Shown here: positions 24,176-32,000 of the stretch, piece after piece
How the letters are laid out: every line of letters begins with the position of its first letter
Numbering within the stretch: position 1 is the stretch's first letter
From: Zestosphaera tikiterensis
GTDB taxonomy: Archaea; Thermoproteota; Thermoprotei_A; Sulfolobales; NBVN01
Assembly (NCBI GenBank): GCA_003056265.1
Contig: NBVN01000002.1
Span: forward strand, 300,001 to 332,000
DNA: 32,000 nt
Reading direction: 5' to 3'
Program-made: the position numbers and the translations under genes
The notes under the pieces: model-generated
Database searches by the model: none
Told to the model about the DNA's origin: nothing
What the model saw: the letters and a program-made list of their open reading frames with translations, nothing else

Positions 24176-25255
24176 CTACCCGAATAGTGATGAGATGCCT
24201 TCAGCTATTTCTTCTTCACTTACTTCTTTCTTTTCCTCTTCTTCCTCCTTCTTAGCTTCAGTCGCTGGAGCTGGTTGTTGCGTAGGTTGTTGAGTAGTAG
24301 TAACTACAGCAATTCCTACGTTCAGCCTAAGGTCCGGGTTTTTCTGACTCAGGATTAAAGCAAGTGCTTGAGCTTTAGCTACGGCAATCCTAAACGCGAA
24401 TGGAGCGGTGTCGGGAGTTACGTAAGCTATATGTGAAGCTAACGTTACCGCATGCGTGAATGCTTTGCTTAATACCTCCGGCATAATCTCAGGTATTGGT
24501 AAAGCTATGTTTACTGCGAGGTTCTTACTTAACTGGAAAGCAGTTATTAAGTCTTTTCTAAAGCTCTCTATGTCAAGTCTTAGCTGATCGCTTCTTAAAA
24601 TCGTGCCGTTATCCCATACAACCTTCGCATTAAGCTTTACGGCTATAGGCTTTACGTTAAGCTTCCTAAGCAACGAAGCTAACTCAACGCTTATTTCATC
24701 GCCTGCTGAAGCGACTTTAGTTTCCTTAGCTATCCATATAACTCCTTCCTTAACCATAGTCCTAATTTTCAACTTACCGAAGACAGACATCATAGGCCCT
24801 GGAGGTATTCCGGTAGGCCCTTCCGGAACGTAAATATCGTCTGTAGCTTTATCCCCGGGTTTAGCGTAACGTAAAGTAACTAACTTATCTAAGATATTAG
24901 CTATTTCGAAAGCGTTTAAGTTTGTAAAGAAGTACGCGTTAACACCTACTAAGTAGGGTTCAAGCTCATCTAAACCTCTTATACTTAAGTCTTTTAAAGC
25001 TCTGTAGATTAACGTGTTTTTATAAACCTTAACCACGCCGTATTTGCTTAATGCTTTCTTGATTTCTTTATACTCACGAGAAGGAACACCGGAAATATCT
25101 AATATAGCTATAACTTTATACCTGCTTAAAAGGTCTTTCACTTCATTTATAACTTTATCTTTCTCTACTAAAGCTACACGAACTTTATGCTTCACCCCTT
25201 CTTTCTTTACAGACGTTAGTAACTTACTTAACTTAGCTCTTGTAGAACCTTTCAA
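24176..25255 (-). CDS. rpl10: 50S ribosomal protein uL10 (P0)
   Basis: 359 aa with KNTLIYRAL near the N-terminus and the acidic stalk tail EEEEEKKEVSEEEIAEGISSLFG. The TTG start overlaps the L1 stop. Confidence 0.9.
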   Translation of the reverse strand: MKGSTRAKLSKLLTSVKKEGVKHKVRVALVEKDKVINEVKDLLSRYKVIAILDISGVPSREYKEIKKALSKYGVVKVYKNTLIYRALKDLSIRGLDELEPYLVGVNAYFFTNLNAFEIANILDKLVTLRYAKPGDKATDDIYVPEGPTGIPPGPMMSVFGKLKIRTMVKEGVIWIAKETKVASAGDEISVELASLLRKLNVKPIAVKLNAKVVWDNGTILRSDQLRLDIESFRKDLITAFQLSKNLAVNIALPIPEIMPEVLSKAFTHAVTLASHIAYVTPDTAPFAFRIAVAKAQALALILSQKNPDLRLNVGIAVVTTTQQPTQQPAPATEAKKEEEEEKKEVSEEEIAEGISSLFG

Positions 25256-25893
25256 GCCGTGATCACCTCGACTGACGGACCCATAGCTGTTTTAACGTAT
25301 ATCTTAGTAGTTTCTAAAGGCTTCGTGTATTTAGACCTTATAAAATCTAAGACCGCCATGGCGTTTTCCGCTAAATCTTCTACTGACATAGACTCTACCC
25401 CTATCCTGCAACCCACCCAAGCCTGCTCTTTATTCCTGACCTTTACAGAGTCTAAATACCTGCTTATTAAGGATTTTATGTCTGCGTTAGCTGGGACAGG
25501 TATTGGAAACTTACCCCTAGGGCCTAAGGACGGACCTAAAACCCTACCAACTTGCGACATTAAGTCGGACTTCACTAGGAAGATATCGTATTTCCTAGCG
25601 ATTTTCTTAGCGTCTTTCTTACTTAAGTTCTTTAAATCATCGCCGTTTAAAACGTCAACACCGGATTCCCTAGCTTTAAGTAGCATATCACCGGTAGCTA
25701 TAACTAATACCTTACTTTTCTTACCAGCCCCCTTAGGTAGGAAAACAAGATCTCTAAACTTAACTTCCTGGCTCTTAGGATCAGCACCTTTAAACACTAC
25801 TATCAGCTCTACCGATTGATTGAATTTCCTTCCTTTACCTAACTTCAGTGCTTTCCTTATAGCGTCACTCAACGCTTCCTTACTTACCGCCAC
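25252..25893 (-). CDS. rpl1: 50S ribosomal protein uL1
   Basis: FNQSVELIVVFKGADPK...VFLPKGAGK plus its position between L11 and P0. Confidence 0.9.
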   Translation of the reverse strand: MAVSKEALSDAIRKALKLGKGRKFNQSVELIVVFKGADPKSQEVKFRDLVFLPKGAGKKSKVLVIATGDMLLKARESGVDVLNGDDLKNLSKKDAKKIARKYDIFLVKSDLMSQVGRVLGPSLGPRGKFPIPVPANADIKSLISRYLDSVKVRNKEQAWVGCRIGVESMSVEDLAENAMAVLDFIRSKYTKPLETTKIYVKTAMGPSVEVITA

Positions 25894-25908
25894 CTAACTC
25901 ACCCCGCT

Positions 25909-26409
25909 TTATTTCCACCGATCCTCATATTTAAGTAGTATGTTATCGTAGGCACCGCTTTCTATCTGCTTAAGCACTTCCTTAGGTTCTTTACCGTCTA
26001 CCGTAAGACCTATGGTGGCAGCTGTGGATACGATCGTTTTAACCGCTGCTTTAAGCGTTTTAGCAGTTAGTTCGTTCTTTTTAGCTAACGCAACCTTAAC
26101 GACGTCTTCAAAGCTTATATTACCTACCTTCTTATGTGCTGGGTCTCCTGAAGGTTCGTTAACACCGGCGAATTTAAGAAGTAAGGATGATGTCGACGGG
26201 GATTTAACCTCTATTAAGTAGTTTTTAGTGTTTAAATCTACGTGCAGTAACACCGTAACATCATAACCTTTAAGTGCGGCAGTTGCTTCGTTAATTTTAT
26301 TGACTACTTCATCGACTTTTAACCCCAGCTGACTAAGCGTAGGTCCTAAAGGAGGCTGTGTTGAGGCAGCACCACCCTTCACATTTAACTTAACCGTTCT
26401 CCACACCAT
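25909..26409 (-). CDS. rpl11: 50S ribosomal protein uL11
   Basis: GGAASTQPPLGPTLSQLGLKV is the signature L11 N-terminal motif. Confidence 0.9.
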   Translation of the reverse strand: MVWRTVKLNVKGGAASTQPPLGPTLSQLGLKVDEVVNKINEATAALKGYDVTVLLHVDLNTKNYLIEVKSPSTSSLLLKFAGVNEPSGDPAHKKVGNISFEDVVKVALAKKNELTAKTLKAAVKTIVSTAATIGLTVDGKEPKEVLKQIESGAYDNILLKYEDRWK

Positions 26410-26415
26410 CTTACA

Positions 26416-26901
26416 TCACTTCTTAACGGGTTTAACGCTATCTACAGGCACAGTCGCCTCCATCTTGAAGGAGGCTTCAAGTATGTTTAACGTGACCGTC
26501 TTTTTATCCACATTAACACTAACTACTTTAGCTTTAAAGCCTTTAAACGGGCCGGAAATAATCTCAACGTCTGTACCGGGTTTTAACTCCTCAACCAACG
26601 GCGTAGTCTTTATTAGTCTCTCCACCTCATCCCTGCTTAAAGCGCCCATAGCCCTTCCTTTAACGTGTTTTATGTCTTTAGATACTTGATGAACTACGTG
26701 ATGTCCTGTAGCCTCTATTATTAAATACCCCTTAATCTTAGGGGGTATTATTATGGAGTAGATACCCTCAACACCCATGCTTTTAGCCACGGACTCAAGC
26801 ATTAAAGCTACGTTAAGCTCTTGACCTGCTGTAGTTCTTAAAACAATATACTTAACCTGCTTTTGACTTTCTACTTTCTTCTCCTCACCCAAACGAAACA
26901 C
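26416..26901 (-). CDS. spt5: Transcription elongation factor Spt5 (NusG homologue)
   Basis: NGN-like IVLRTTAGQELNVA and KOW motif GTDVEIISGPFKGFKAKVVSV. Conserved position between secE and L11. The exact start is uncertain because the track start overlaps secE. Confidence 0.85.
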   Translation of the reverse strand: MFRLGEEKKVESQKQVKYIVLRTTAGQELNVALMLESVAKSMGVEGIYSIIIPPKIKGYLIIEATGHHVVHQVSKDIKHVKGRAMGALSRDEVERLIKTTPLVEELKPGTDVEIISGPFKGFKAKVVSVNVDKKTVTLNILEASFKMEATVPVDSVKPVKK

Positions 26902-27064
26902 CCTGAACGTAAACCAAGAGGTAATGCACTAAAAACCCAACCACACCCACTAGAAGTAACCCGCCGAAAACTATCTTAAGTAACGTCTTATATTCGTCAG
27001 GCTCAGGTTTTTCAGATATCGTTACTATCTTCCTCCACATAGCTATGATCTCCTCAAGCTTCAC
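26885..27064 (-). CDS. secE: Protein translocase subunit SecE/Sec61-gamma (59 aa)
   Basis: Hand-translated from a GTG start preceded by GGTGAGGAG: VKLEEIIAMWRKIVTISEKPEPDEYKTLLKIVFGGLLLVGVVGFLVHYLLVYVQGVSFG. It has one C-terminal transmembrane helix and the canonical position upstream of spt5. Below the track cut-off. Confidence 0.7.
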   Translation of the reverse strand: MKLEEIIAMWRKIVTISEKPEPDEYKTLLKIVFGGLLLVGVVGFLVHYLLVYVQGVSFG

Positions 27065-27112
27065 GACTCCTCACCAATCATTGAGGCTCCGCTTTTTAAG
27101 GTAGGATGAATG

Positions 27113-27120
27113 TTTATAAG
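27113..27120 (+). promoter_or_regulatory. TATA box (TTTATAAG) for the GC-rich RNA / Rpp21 transcript
   Basis: Lies about 25-30 nt upstream of the first G-run (GGGTGTGGG at 27149). Confidence 0.4.
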
Positions 27121-27144
27121 CTTTCTCTAACTTAATATGTATTG

Positions 27145-27335
27145 AGTTGGGTGTGGGCAACCGTAGCTTGGGATGAGACCCACACCTTCCCGGCGCTGAC
27201 GGCGGGAACTGATGGGTGATGCGCCCTCCGTGAGGGGCTTCGGAAAGGTGATGGAAGCCCTAGGGAGAGAACCCCTGTAAAAACAACAGGGGCCGTCAGC
27301 ATCTACATAACATATTACTGGGGTTATTTTATTTG
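27145..27335 (+). ncRNA. GC-rich structured RNA candidate of unknown family (stand-alone ncRNA or structured 5' leader of the Rpp21 gene)
   Basis: Sharp GC-rich island in AT-rich flanks. Hairpin GGTGTGGG (27150-27157) / CCCACACC (27179-27186). Long-range 9-bp helix GCTGACGGC (27195-27203) / GCCGTCAGC (27292-27300) enclosing the hairpins GGCTTC..GAAGCC and CCCCTG..CAGGGG. Several K-turn-like GA motifs (CTGATGG, GTGATGC, GGTGATGG). A T-run at 27324-27334. The strand is inferred from the TATA box. Confidence 0.45.
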
Positions 27336-27352
27336 GTAAGGGGCTAGAACAG

Positions 27353-27673
27353 TTGAGGAAGGTGGTTAAGGACTTAGCCATTCAGAGATCGTACCTACTA
27401 TTCAACTATGCCGTAGATAGGGTTAAGAAAGGTGATTTAAACTTAGCGAGGAGATACATCAGGTTAGGTTTGAAGTTGTTGAGGAAAGCTAATGCTTCAA
27501 AACCTTACGTATATAGAAGATACGTATGTAAAAACTGCTATATTCCGTTAATACCTGGTTTAACGGCGAGGGTAAGGATTAAAAGTAATAAAAAGCAGAT
27601 AATAACCACCACAACATGTTTAATGTGTGGATGGGTGAGTAGAAAACCATGCGAAAAAAGGAAAGGAAGGTAG
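27353..27673 (+). CDS. rnp4: RNase P protein component 4 (Rpp21/Rpr2 family)
   Basis: LARRYIRLGLKLLRK helical N-terminus and a Zn-ribbon: CKNCYIPLIPGLTARVRIK...TTCLMCGW. Confidence 0.8.
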   Translation: MRKVVKDLAIQRSYLLFNYAVDRVKKGDLNLARRYIRLGLKLLRKANASKPYVYRRYVCKNCYIPLIPGLTARVRIKSNKKQIITTTTCLMCGWVSRKPCEKRKGR

Positions 27674-27921
27674 GGGAAGTATTGTCCGAACCCGCTAGGG
27701 TTAGGTTAGGTAAGAACGGGATAAACGAGAACGTCTTAAACGAGATAAAAAGACATTTAGACGAGGAGAAGATAATTAAAGTTAAAGTGCTAAAATCCTT
27801 AATAAAGATGGGGTATGAAGTAAATCAAGTAGCTGAGGAAGTGGCTTCAGCGTTGAATGCGGAAATAATCGACGTTAGAGGACATACGTTCACATTAAGA
27901 TCTAAGCCCAAAAGAAGTTAA
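27649..27921 (+). CDS. YhbY/CRM-domain RNA-binding protein
   Basis: VRLGKNGINENVLNEIKRHLDEEKIIKVKVLK ... AEIIDVRGHTFTL fits the YhbY (CRS1/UPF0044) pattern. Confidence 0.7.
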   Translation: MRKKERKVGEVLSEPARVRLGKNGINENVLNEIKRHLDEEKIIKVKVLKSLIKMGYEVNQVAEEVASALNAEIIDVRGHTFTLRSKPKRS

Positions 27922-28487
27922 ACCACTCATCAATGATTTACTCTTCATGAAGGATAGATCTCATCATCTAATTCAACGTCTAAGTAAGAGTAGCTACACA
28001 TTATACTAACATATATACGGACGGGCCCGCCTAATGATTTGAATACCGTAATGTAGCGATCTCTCCGTTTCTCCCTAGACGTTCATTCCAATCATTTCAT
28101 ATGTTTTCATGATCTCATCTAGGGAGTTCCGCCTCCACTTAGAGGGCTCGCTTAGCTCATCCCGTAGGTTCATGGGCGACTGTCGAGGGTAACGGCACAA
28201 CCATCCCATCTATGTTGTGTGTATCCCCACCTAGGCTTGAAGCATTGCTCCCATTGCCTAAGCGGACTCCCAACATACTTAAACACCAGCGTTATAAACC
28301 TTTCCTATAAACATCGAATATGTCACAGCCCACCTCTAAAAGTAGGGCATTCAATCATTTGATTAAGGTAGTTCTTAAAACTATAGGTTTTTATTAAGCA
28401 ATGAGGTTACGATAACTAAAGCTACGCGGGTTTAAATACGTAGCAGGAGATGTTGTTAATAGTTTGATAAAGGGTTTGAGGCTGAGT

Positions 28488-28564
28488 TGGTGCCGCCGCG
28501 GGGATTTGAACCCCGGACACCCCGGTCTTCAGCCGGGTGCTCTCCCGGGCTGAGCTACGGCGGC
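28488..28564 (-). tRNA. tRNA-Phe (GAA), CCA encoded
   Basis: The reverse complement folds as GCCGCCG-TA-GCTC-AGCCCGGGA-GAGC-A-CCCGG-CTGAAGA-CCGGG-GTGTC-CGGGG-TTCAAAT-CCCCG-CGGCGGC-A-CCA. Confidence 0.9.
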
Positions 28565-28632
28565 GTTAGTTAACTCTTCCAGTAGCTTTACGTATTAAGA
28601 TTTAAAAACTTTATTCTTACTGAGTCACGCTT

Positions 28633-29142
28633 TTAAAGGTCTAGTACGAATCTTGTGATCCAACACTCGTCTTTTTTAAGTATCTCCATTAATGAGTAGG
28701 TAACTGCTTTAACTTCGTTTTTAACTTCATGTTTTTCTTTGTCTACAGGCTCTCCGCAGACCTCACCTAGAAATTCAACCTCTTTAGAGAGGTCTTCTTG
28801 ATTGTTAATAGGTCTGTTGAAAGTGATTTTAAACGTTGTGAAGGCTAGTTTCTCGACGTTATATATGATTAGTAAGTCCTCTAACCATCTATATAACGCG
28901 TTATATAAGTCGATACCGTTGTCAACAATTAACTTCCTTACCTTACACTCAACTTTACTTGTGTTGAGCATGACTTCAAATAACGCTTTAGCTGCGTTAG
29001 AAAACGCTTCCTCAACGTTACGGCCTGCAGCTTCCACGTAGGCGTCGGCCGTATGCTCTAAGAATTTAAATCCTAGGCAAGACACTCTAACCACCGAAGG
29101 TATTAACGCTTTTGAGGTTATTAATGTTGGGAAGCATGCCAT
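28633..29142 (-). CDS. Archease
   Basis: FKFLEHTADAYVEAAGRNVEEAFSNAAKALFEVM is the archease N-terminal signature. The track ORF start (29256) runs through the tRNA-Gly gene and is rejected; the ATG at 29142 or a downstream GTG is more plausible. Confidence 0.8.
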   Translation of the reverse strand: MACFPTLITSKALIPSVVRVSCLGFKFLEHTADAYVEAAGRNVEEAFSNAAKALFEVMLNTSKVECKVRKLIVDNGIDLYNALYRWLEDLLIIYNVEKLAFTTFKITFNRPINNQEDLSKEVEFLGEVCGEPVDKEKHEVKNEVKAVTYSLMEILKKDECWITRFVLDL

Positions 29143-29157
29143 TAAAAATACTTGGTT

Positions 29158-29252
29158 TGGTGCGGCGGCCGGGATTTGAACCCGGGATCTCCGGCGTTCT
29201 TCGAAGGGACCTTGGAAGGCCGGCGTCCTAGACCAGGCTAGACGACCGCCGC
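29158..29252 (-). tRNA. tRNA-Gly (UCC) with a 16-nt intron at or next to position 37/38, CCA encoded
   Basis: Reverse complement: GCGGCGG-TC-GTCT-AGCCTGGTCTA-GGAC-G-CCGGC-CTTCCA[16-nt intron]-GCCGG-AGATC-CCGGG-TTCAAAT-CCCGG-CCGCCGC-A-CCA. C2:G71, G3:C70 and A73 fit Gly identity. Confidence 0.8.
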
Positions 29253-29300
29253 CCAATAAAGTTTTGCTATAGGTATTTTAAGTTTTATTTACGTTGAACG

Positions 29301-30269
29301 TTACTTGATCTTCTCTACGATTGGCGGTATGCATGTTTTAAACGTCTTATAGCCTCTAACAATCCTTAACTCCACACATTCTGAGTCTATGCTATCCTCT
29401 ACAGCCGTTCTTAAATCGCTTACCTTCTTAACTAACTTACCCGCCGCCTCAATTATTATGTCACCTACCTTAAGTCCGTATTCTTCAGCTGGGGAACCAG
29501 GCACTATATTAACTATTATAACGCCTTCGTTTACCGGTAAGTCGTAAAGTGTGGCTACCTCATTAGTTACTGGAGTTACGTAAATCCCTAGCCAAGCTCT
29601 TACCGGCGCTCCATACTTCCTAATCATTTCTAAGAACCTCTTAACTGTGTTTATAGGTATTGCGAACCCTATGCCTTGAGCATATGGTATTATAGCCGTA
29701 GCCACGCCTATAACCTCACCTCTAGCGTTTATTAATGGACCCCCGCTATTACCCGGATTTATAGCGGCGTCAGTCTGTATTAGATCCTCAAGCACTAACT
29801 TCTCACCTGATATTGTCCTTCCTAAAGCGCTGATGACGCCCATACTAACTGAAGGTCCGGGAAGACCTAAAGGCGACCCAATCGCGAAGACCATCTCACC
29901 AACTGATAAGAGGTCCGAATCACCTAACTTTAAAGGCTCCACATCTCTAACATTAACTCTAAGGAGGGCTAAGTCTCTATAGGGATCCACATCCAACACC
30001 TTAGCTTTCTCTCTTTTCCTATTAGGTATCAAGACATTAACTTCAGACGCGTTAAGAACTACGTGCGCGTTCGTAACTATAAGACCCTCCTCTACAAAGA
30101 ATCCTGAACCAGCACCTCTAAACTCTCTATAGCCAAAGAAGAGATCAATACTTGGTACTGTAGTGAATATCGTTACAACGCTTTTTGAGACTTTATTTAT
30201 TAACTCTGAGACTTGCTTATTGAAAGCTTCTAAACTCATGTACACACCAAGACATATTTCCTCAAGCAA
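29301..30269 (-). CDS. HtrA/DegP-family serine protease with a C-terminal PDZ domain
   Basis: Catalytic triad contexts TNAHVV (His), DLALLRV (Asp) and GNSGGPLIN (Ser), followed by a PDZ-like GVIIVNIVPGSPAEEYGLKVGDIIIEAAG. Confidence 0.85.
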   Translation of the reverse strand: MLEEICLGVYMSLEAFNKQVSELINKVSKSVVTIFTTVPSIDLFFGYREFRGAGSGFFVEEGLIVTNAHVVLNASEVNVLIPNRKREKAKVLDVDPYRDLALLRVNVRDVEPLKLGDSDLLSVGEMVFAIGSPLGLPGPSVSMGVISALGRTISGEKLVLEDLIQTDAAINPGNSGGPLINARGEVIGVATAIIPYAQGIGFAIPINTVKRFLEMIRKYGAPVRAWLGIYVTPVTNEVATLYDLPVNEGVIIVNIVPGSPAEEYGLKVGDIIIEAAGKLVKKVSDLRTAVEDSIDSECVELRIVRGYKTFKTCIPPIVEKIK

Positions 30270-30372
30270 TTAATAAATGAAAAGTACGTTTATGAGTAAC
30301 GCCTAAGTTGTTTTTAACTTAAATAGTTAAAGCTTAATAAAACCTGTAGTAAATTGATTAGGGTGTGAGTGA

Positions 30373-30837
30373 ATGGTTAACGTTAAGGAAGTGCCTGCGG
30401 ATTTGTTTATTGCGGAGCTCGCTAGATATCTTAAGGAGAACGTTAAAACCGTAAAACCTCCGGCTTGGGCATCGTATGTTAAGACAGGTTCTTTTAGGGA
30501 GAAAATTCCTGAAGACCCGGAATGGTGGTATGTTAGAGCAGCTAGCGTATTAAGGAAGCTCTACATTAGTGGTGAACCCATAGGTTTAAACACGCTTAGA
30601 GTTGTTTACGGAGGTCTTAAAAGAAGAGGTTCAGCCCCTCCACACTTTAGAAGGGCTGGAGGCGCTATCTTAAGGACTATACTTCATCAGCTTGAAAGCG
30701 CTGGTTTAGTAACTAAGGTAGAGAAGAAAGGCCGTGTTTTAACTCCTAAGGGATATTCTCTACTCGACTCTATAGCTGATAAAGTATTTAAGGAAGTCGT
30801 TGCTGTAAACCCTGAGTTAAAGAGGTACGGGGGTTAA
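30373..30837 (+). CDS. rps19e: 30S ribosomal protein eS19
   Basis: VKEVPADLFIAELARYLKE...PEWWYVRAASVLRKLY...GGLKRRGSAPPHF...ILHQLESAGLV. Confidence 0.9.
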   Translation: MVNVKEVPADLFIAELARYLKENVKTVKPPAWASYVKTGSFREKIPEDPEWWYVRAASVLRKLYISGEPIGLNTLRVVYGGLKRRGSAPPHFRRAGGAILRTILHQLESAGLVTKVEKKGRVLTPKGYSLLDSIADKVFKEVVAVNPELKRYGG

Positions 30838-30840
30838 GTA

Positions 30841-31191
30841 TTGAGTGAGGAGTACTACGACGCTGAGTTAGAGGAGCTTAAGAGAAGGCAGCTAGAGGCT
30901 CTTATGAGGAAGCAGGAGGAAGAGAGAAGAAAGCAGGAGGAGATGGAGAGGGAGGCGCAGAAACAGGAGATATTGAGGAAGGCTATGACGCCGGATGCTA
31001 GGGCTAGGTTAAGCAATGTGAAGTTGGTGAGGCCTGAGTTAGCTAAAGCTGTTGAGGACTATATAGTTAACCTAGCTCTTACAGGTCAGTTACGTAGCGT
31101 TATAGATGAAGAGACGCTTAAGCAGATTTTATACGCGATAGATTCAAGAACTAGGAGGGATTATAGAATCGTTATTAAAGAGAAGAGGTGA
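30841..31191 (+). CDS. PDCD5/TFAR19-like double-stranded DNA-binding protein
   Basis: A charged N-terminus followed by [41 protein letters not shown]. Conserved position between S19e and L39e. Confidence 0.8.
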   Translation: MSEEYYDAELEELKRRQLEALMRKQEEERRKQEEMEREAQKQEILRKAMTPDARARLSNVKLVRPELAKAVEDYIVNLALTGQLRSVIDEETLKQILYAIDSRTRRDYRIVIKEKR

Positions 31192-31196
31192 TTGAA

Positions 31197-31355
31197 TTGA
31201 CTAGGAATAAACACGTAGCACGTAAGTTAAGGCTTGCTAAAGCACTTACAAGCAATCAAGCAATACCTGTATGGGTTGTAGTTAAGACTTTGAGGAAAGT
31301 CCCTTACAGACCTAAGTTAAGGCATTGGAGAAGGAGTAAGTTAAAGAACGTATGA
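31197..31355 (+). CDS. rpl39e: 50S ribosomal protein eL39 (52 aa)
   Basis: Hand-translated from a TTG start: [51 protein letters not shown]. Below the track cut-off. Confidence 0.8.
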   Translation: MTRNKHVARKLRLAKALTSNQAIPVWVVVKTLRKVPYRPKLRHWRRSKLKNV

Positions 31356-31365
31356 GGCGATGTGA

Positions 31366-31689
31366 TTGGTTGAGGGTAGGATATACGTAATAAATTTAAA
31401 CAGACTTAAGTGGACTGGATTAAGTAGGAGAGTGCCTAGAGCCATAAAACATATAGAGAAATACTTATTAAGACATACGAAAGCCGATAAGATTATAATA
31501 GATTCTTCAATAAATGAATATCTGCACTCACGATCTCACGACTCACTACCTAGTAAAATCGCTGTCACGGTAGTTAAGCTAGATAGTGAGGGTAAAGTCC
31601 TTAAAGCTACGTTATGCATCCTAGTGGAAGAGAAGTTGGAACGTGTTGAGGTCGGTTCAGGCGGAAGTAAATCTGAGGTCGTTAGTTAA
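31366..31689 (+). CDS. rpl31e: 50S ribosomal protein eL31
   Basis: RIYVINLNRL...RRVPRAIKHIEKYLLRHTKADKIIIDSSINEYLHSRS...PSKIAVTV. Confidence 0.85.
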   Translation: MVEGRIYVINLNRLKWTGLSRRVPRAIKHIEKYLLRHTKADKIIIDSSINEYLHSRSHDSLPSKIAVTVVKLDSEGKVLKATLCILVEEKLERVEVGSGGSKSEVVS

Positions 31690-32000
31690 TGCCTTTAGAA
31701 AAGCTGAGGATTTTCGGAAATCCAAACATCGGTGTTTACATATTCACAAATAATAAAGTGACTTTAGTTCCTGAAGGTACGCAACCACAGGTTAAGAAGG
31801 CGTTAAGCGATACATTATCTACTGAAGTTCTGGAAGCAGTGGTTGCCGACTCCAGGCTTTTAGGTATATTCATAGCTGGGAACGATAAAGCTATATTACT
31901 GCCTAAAACAGCTCGTGATAAGGAAGTAGATAGGCTTAAAGAGTTAGGCCTTCCTGTTAAGGTGGTTTTCACGTCGTTTACGGCTTTAGGTAATATAATA
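31689..32000 (+). CDS. eif6: Translation initiation factor 6 (aIF6), 3'-truncated by the window edge
   Basis: Hand-translated from the ATG at 31689 (a TAATG overlap with the L31e stop): MPLEKLRIFGNPNIGVYIFTNNKVTLVPEGTQPQVKKALSDTL...DSRLLGIFIAGNDKAILLPKTA. Open to the end of the window. Confidence 0.85.
   Translation, partial: MPLEKLRIFGNPNIGVYIFTNNKVTLVPEGTQPQVKKALSDTLSTEVLEAVVADSRLLGIFIAGNDKAILLPKTARDKEVDRLKELGLPVKVVFTSFTALGNII

Noticed and set aside
27145-27335. Assigning the GC-rich RNA to SRP RNA, RNase P RNA, 5S rRNA or a canonical C/D box sRNA
   Set aside because: It seems too short for SRP or type A RNase P RNA. It lacks the 5S and SRP helix-8 sequence signatures I remember. There is no proper RUGAUGA...CUGA terminal box arrangement. 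It is left as unknown family.
27127-27381. 84-aa minus-strand ORF
   Set aside because: It coincides with the GC-rich structured-RNA candidate, has no plausible start context, and overlaps the Rpp21 start. It is most likely a by-product of GC-rich non-coding sequence.
29143-29256. N-terminal extension of the archease ORF given by the track (MGGGRLAWSRTPAFQGPFEERRRSRVQIP...)
   Set aside because: This part is the antisense or readthrough translation of the tRNA-Gly gene. The archease signature starts well downstream.
1-32000. CRISPR arrays, rRNA genes, IS elements with terminal inverted repeats, integrase/recombinase genes
   Set aside because: I looked for regularly spaced direct repeats, rRNA-like GC-rich long non-coding blocks, transposase-like ORFs and R..HxxR..Y-type recombinases and found none. 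The absence of an integrase is noted as a limitation of the mobile-element call.

Overview
This is an archaeal chromosome segment. Evidence: S19e, L39e, L31e, aIF6 and P0 genes, an intron-containing tRNA, genomically encoded CCA, and TATA-type promoters. It looks crenarchaeote (Desulfurococcales-like), but that assignment is only an inference.

The right third (about 20.7-32.0 kb) is conserved housekeeping. It holds a DUF434/NYN-like gene, alaS, the secE-spt5-L11-L1-L10(P0) cluster, RNase P protein Rpp21, a YhbY/CRM protein, tRNA-Phe, archease, an intron-containing tRNA-Gly, an HtrA-like protease and the S19e / PDCD5-like / L39e / L31e / aIF6 cluster. A strongly GC-rich, ORF-free structured-RNA candidate sits between secE and the Rpp21 gene.

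The left 16-18 kb is accessory DNA that looks like an integrated plasmid- or virus-like element carrying a defence island. Its parts are:
- a translationally coupled replication module: a Cas4-like fragment, a P-loop helicase-like protein with a wHTH tail, a wHTH protein and an AEP primase-polymerase;
- a type II restriction-modification (R-M) module: C5-cytosine methyltransferase, candidate PD-(D/E)xK endonuclease and RHH regulator, next to a Mig-type T:G mismatch glycosylase;
- several further PD-(D/E)xK-like genes and small regulators;
- at the left edge, a coupled three-gene cassette (Hjc-like nuclease, 501-aa unknown, Arch-type AAA+ ATPase) that I rank as the best candidate for an uncharacterised system.

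A 16-nt promoter/operator-like motif with a palindromic core recurs across the element. GTGTCC iteron-like inverted triplets lie inside the helicase gene. An orphan 44-nt 3' half of a tRNA-Thr(UGU)-like gene at 18415-18458 looks like an att remnant or a split-tRNA half.

I saw no integrase, CRISPR array, rRNA or IS element. All calls come from reading the translated ORFs and the sequence by eye; no database search was run.
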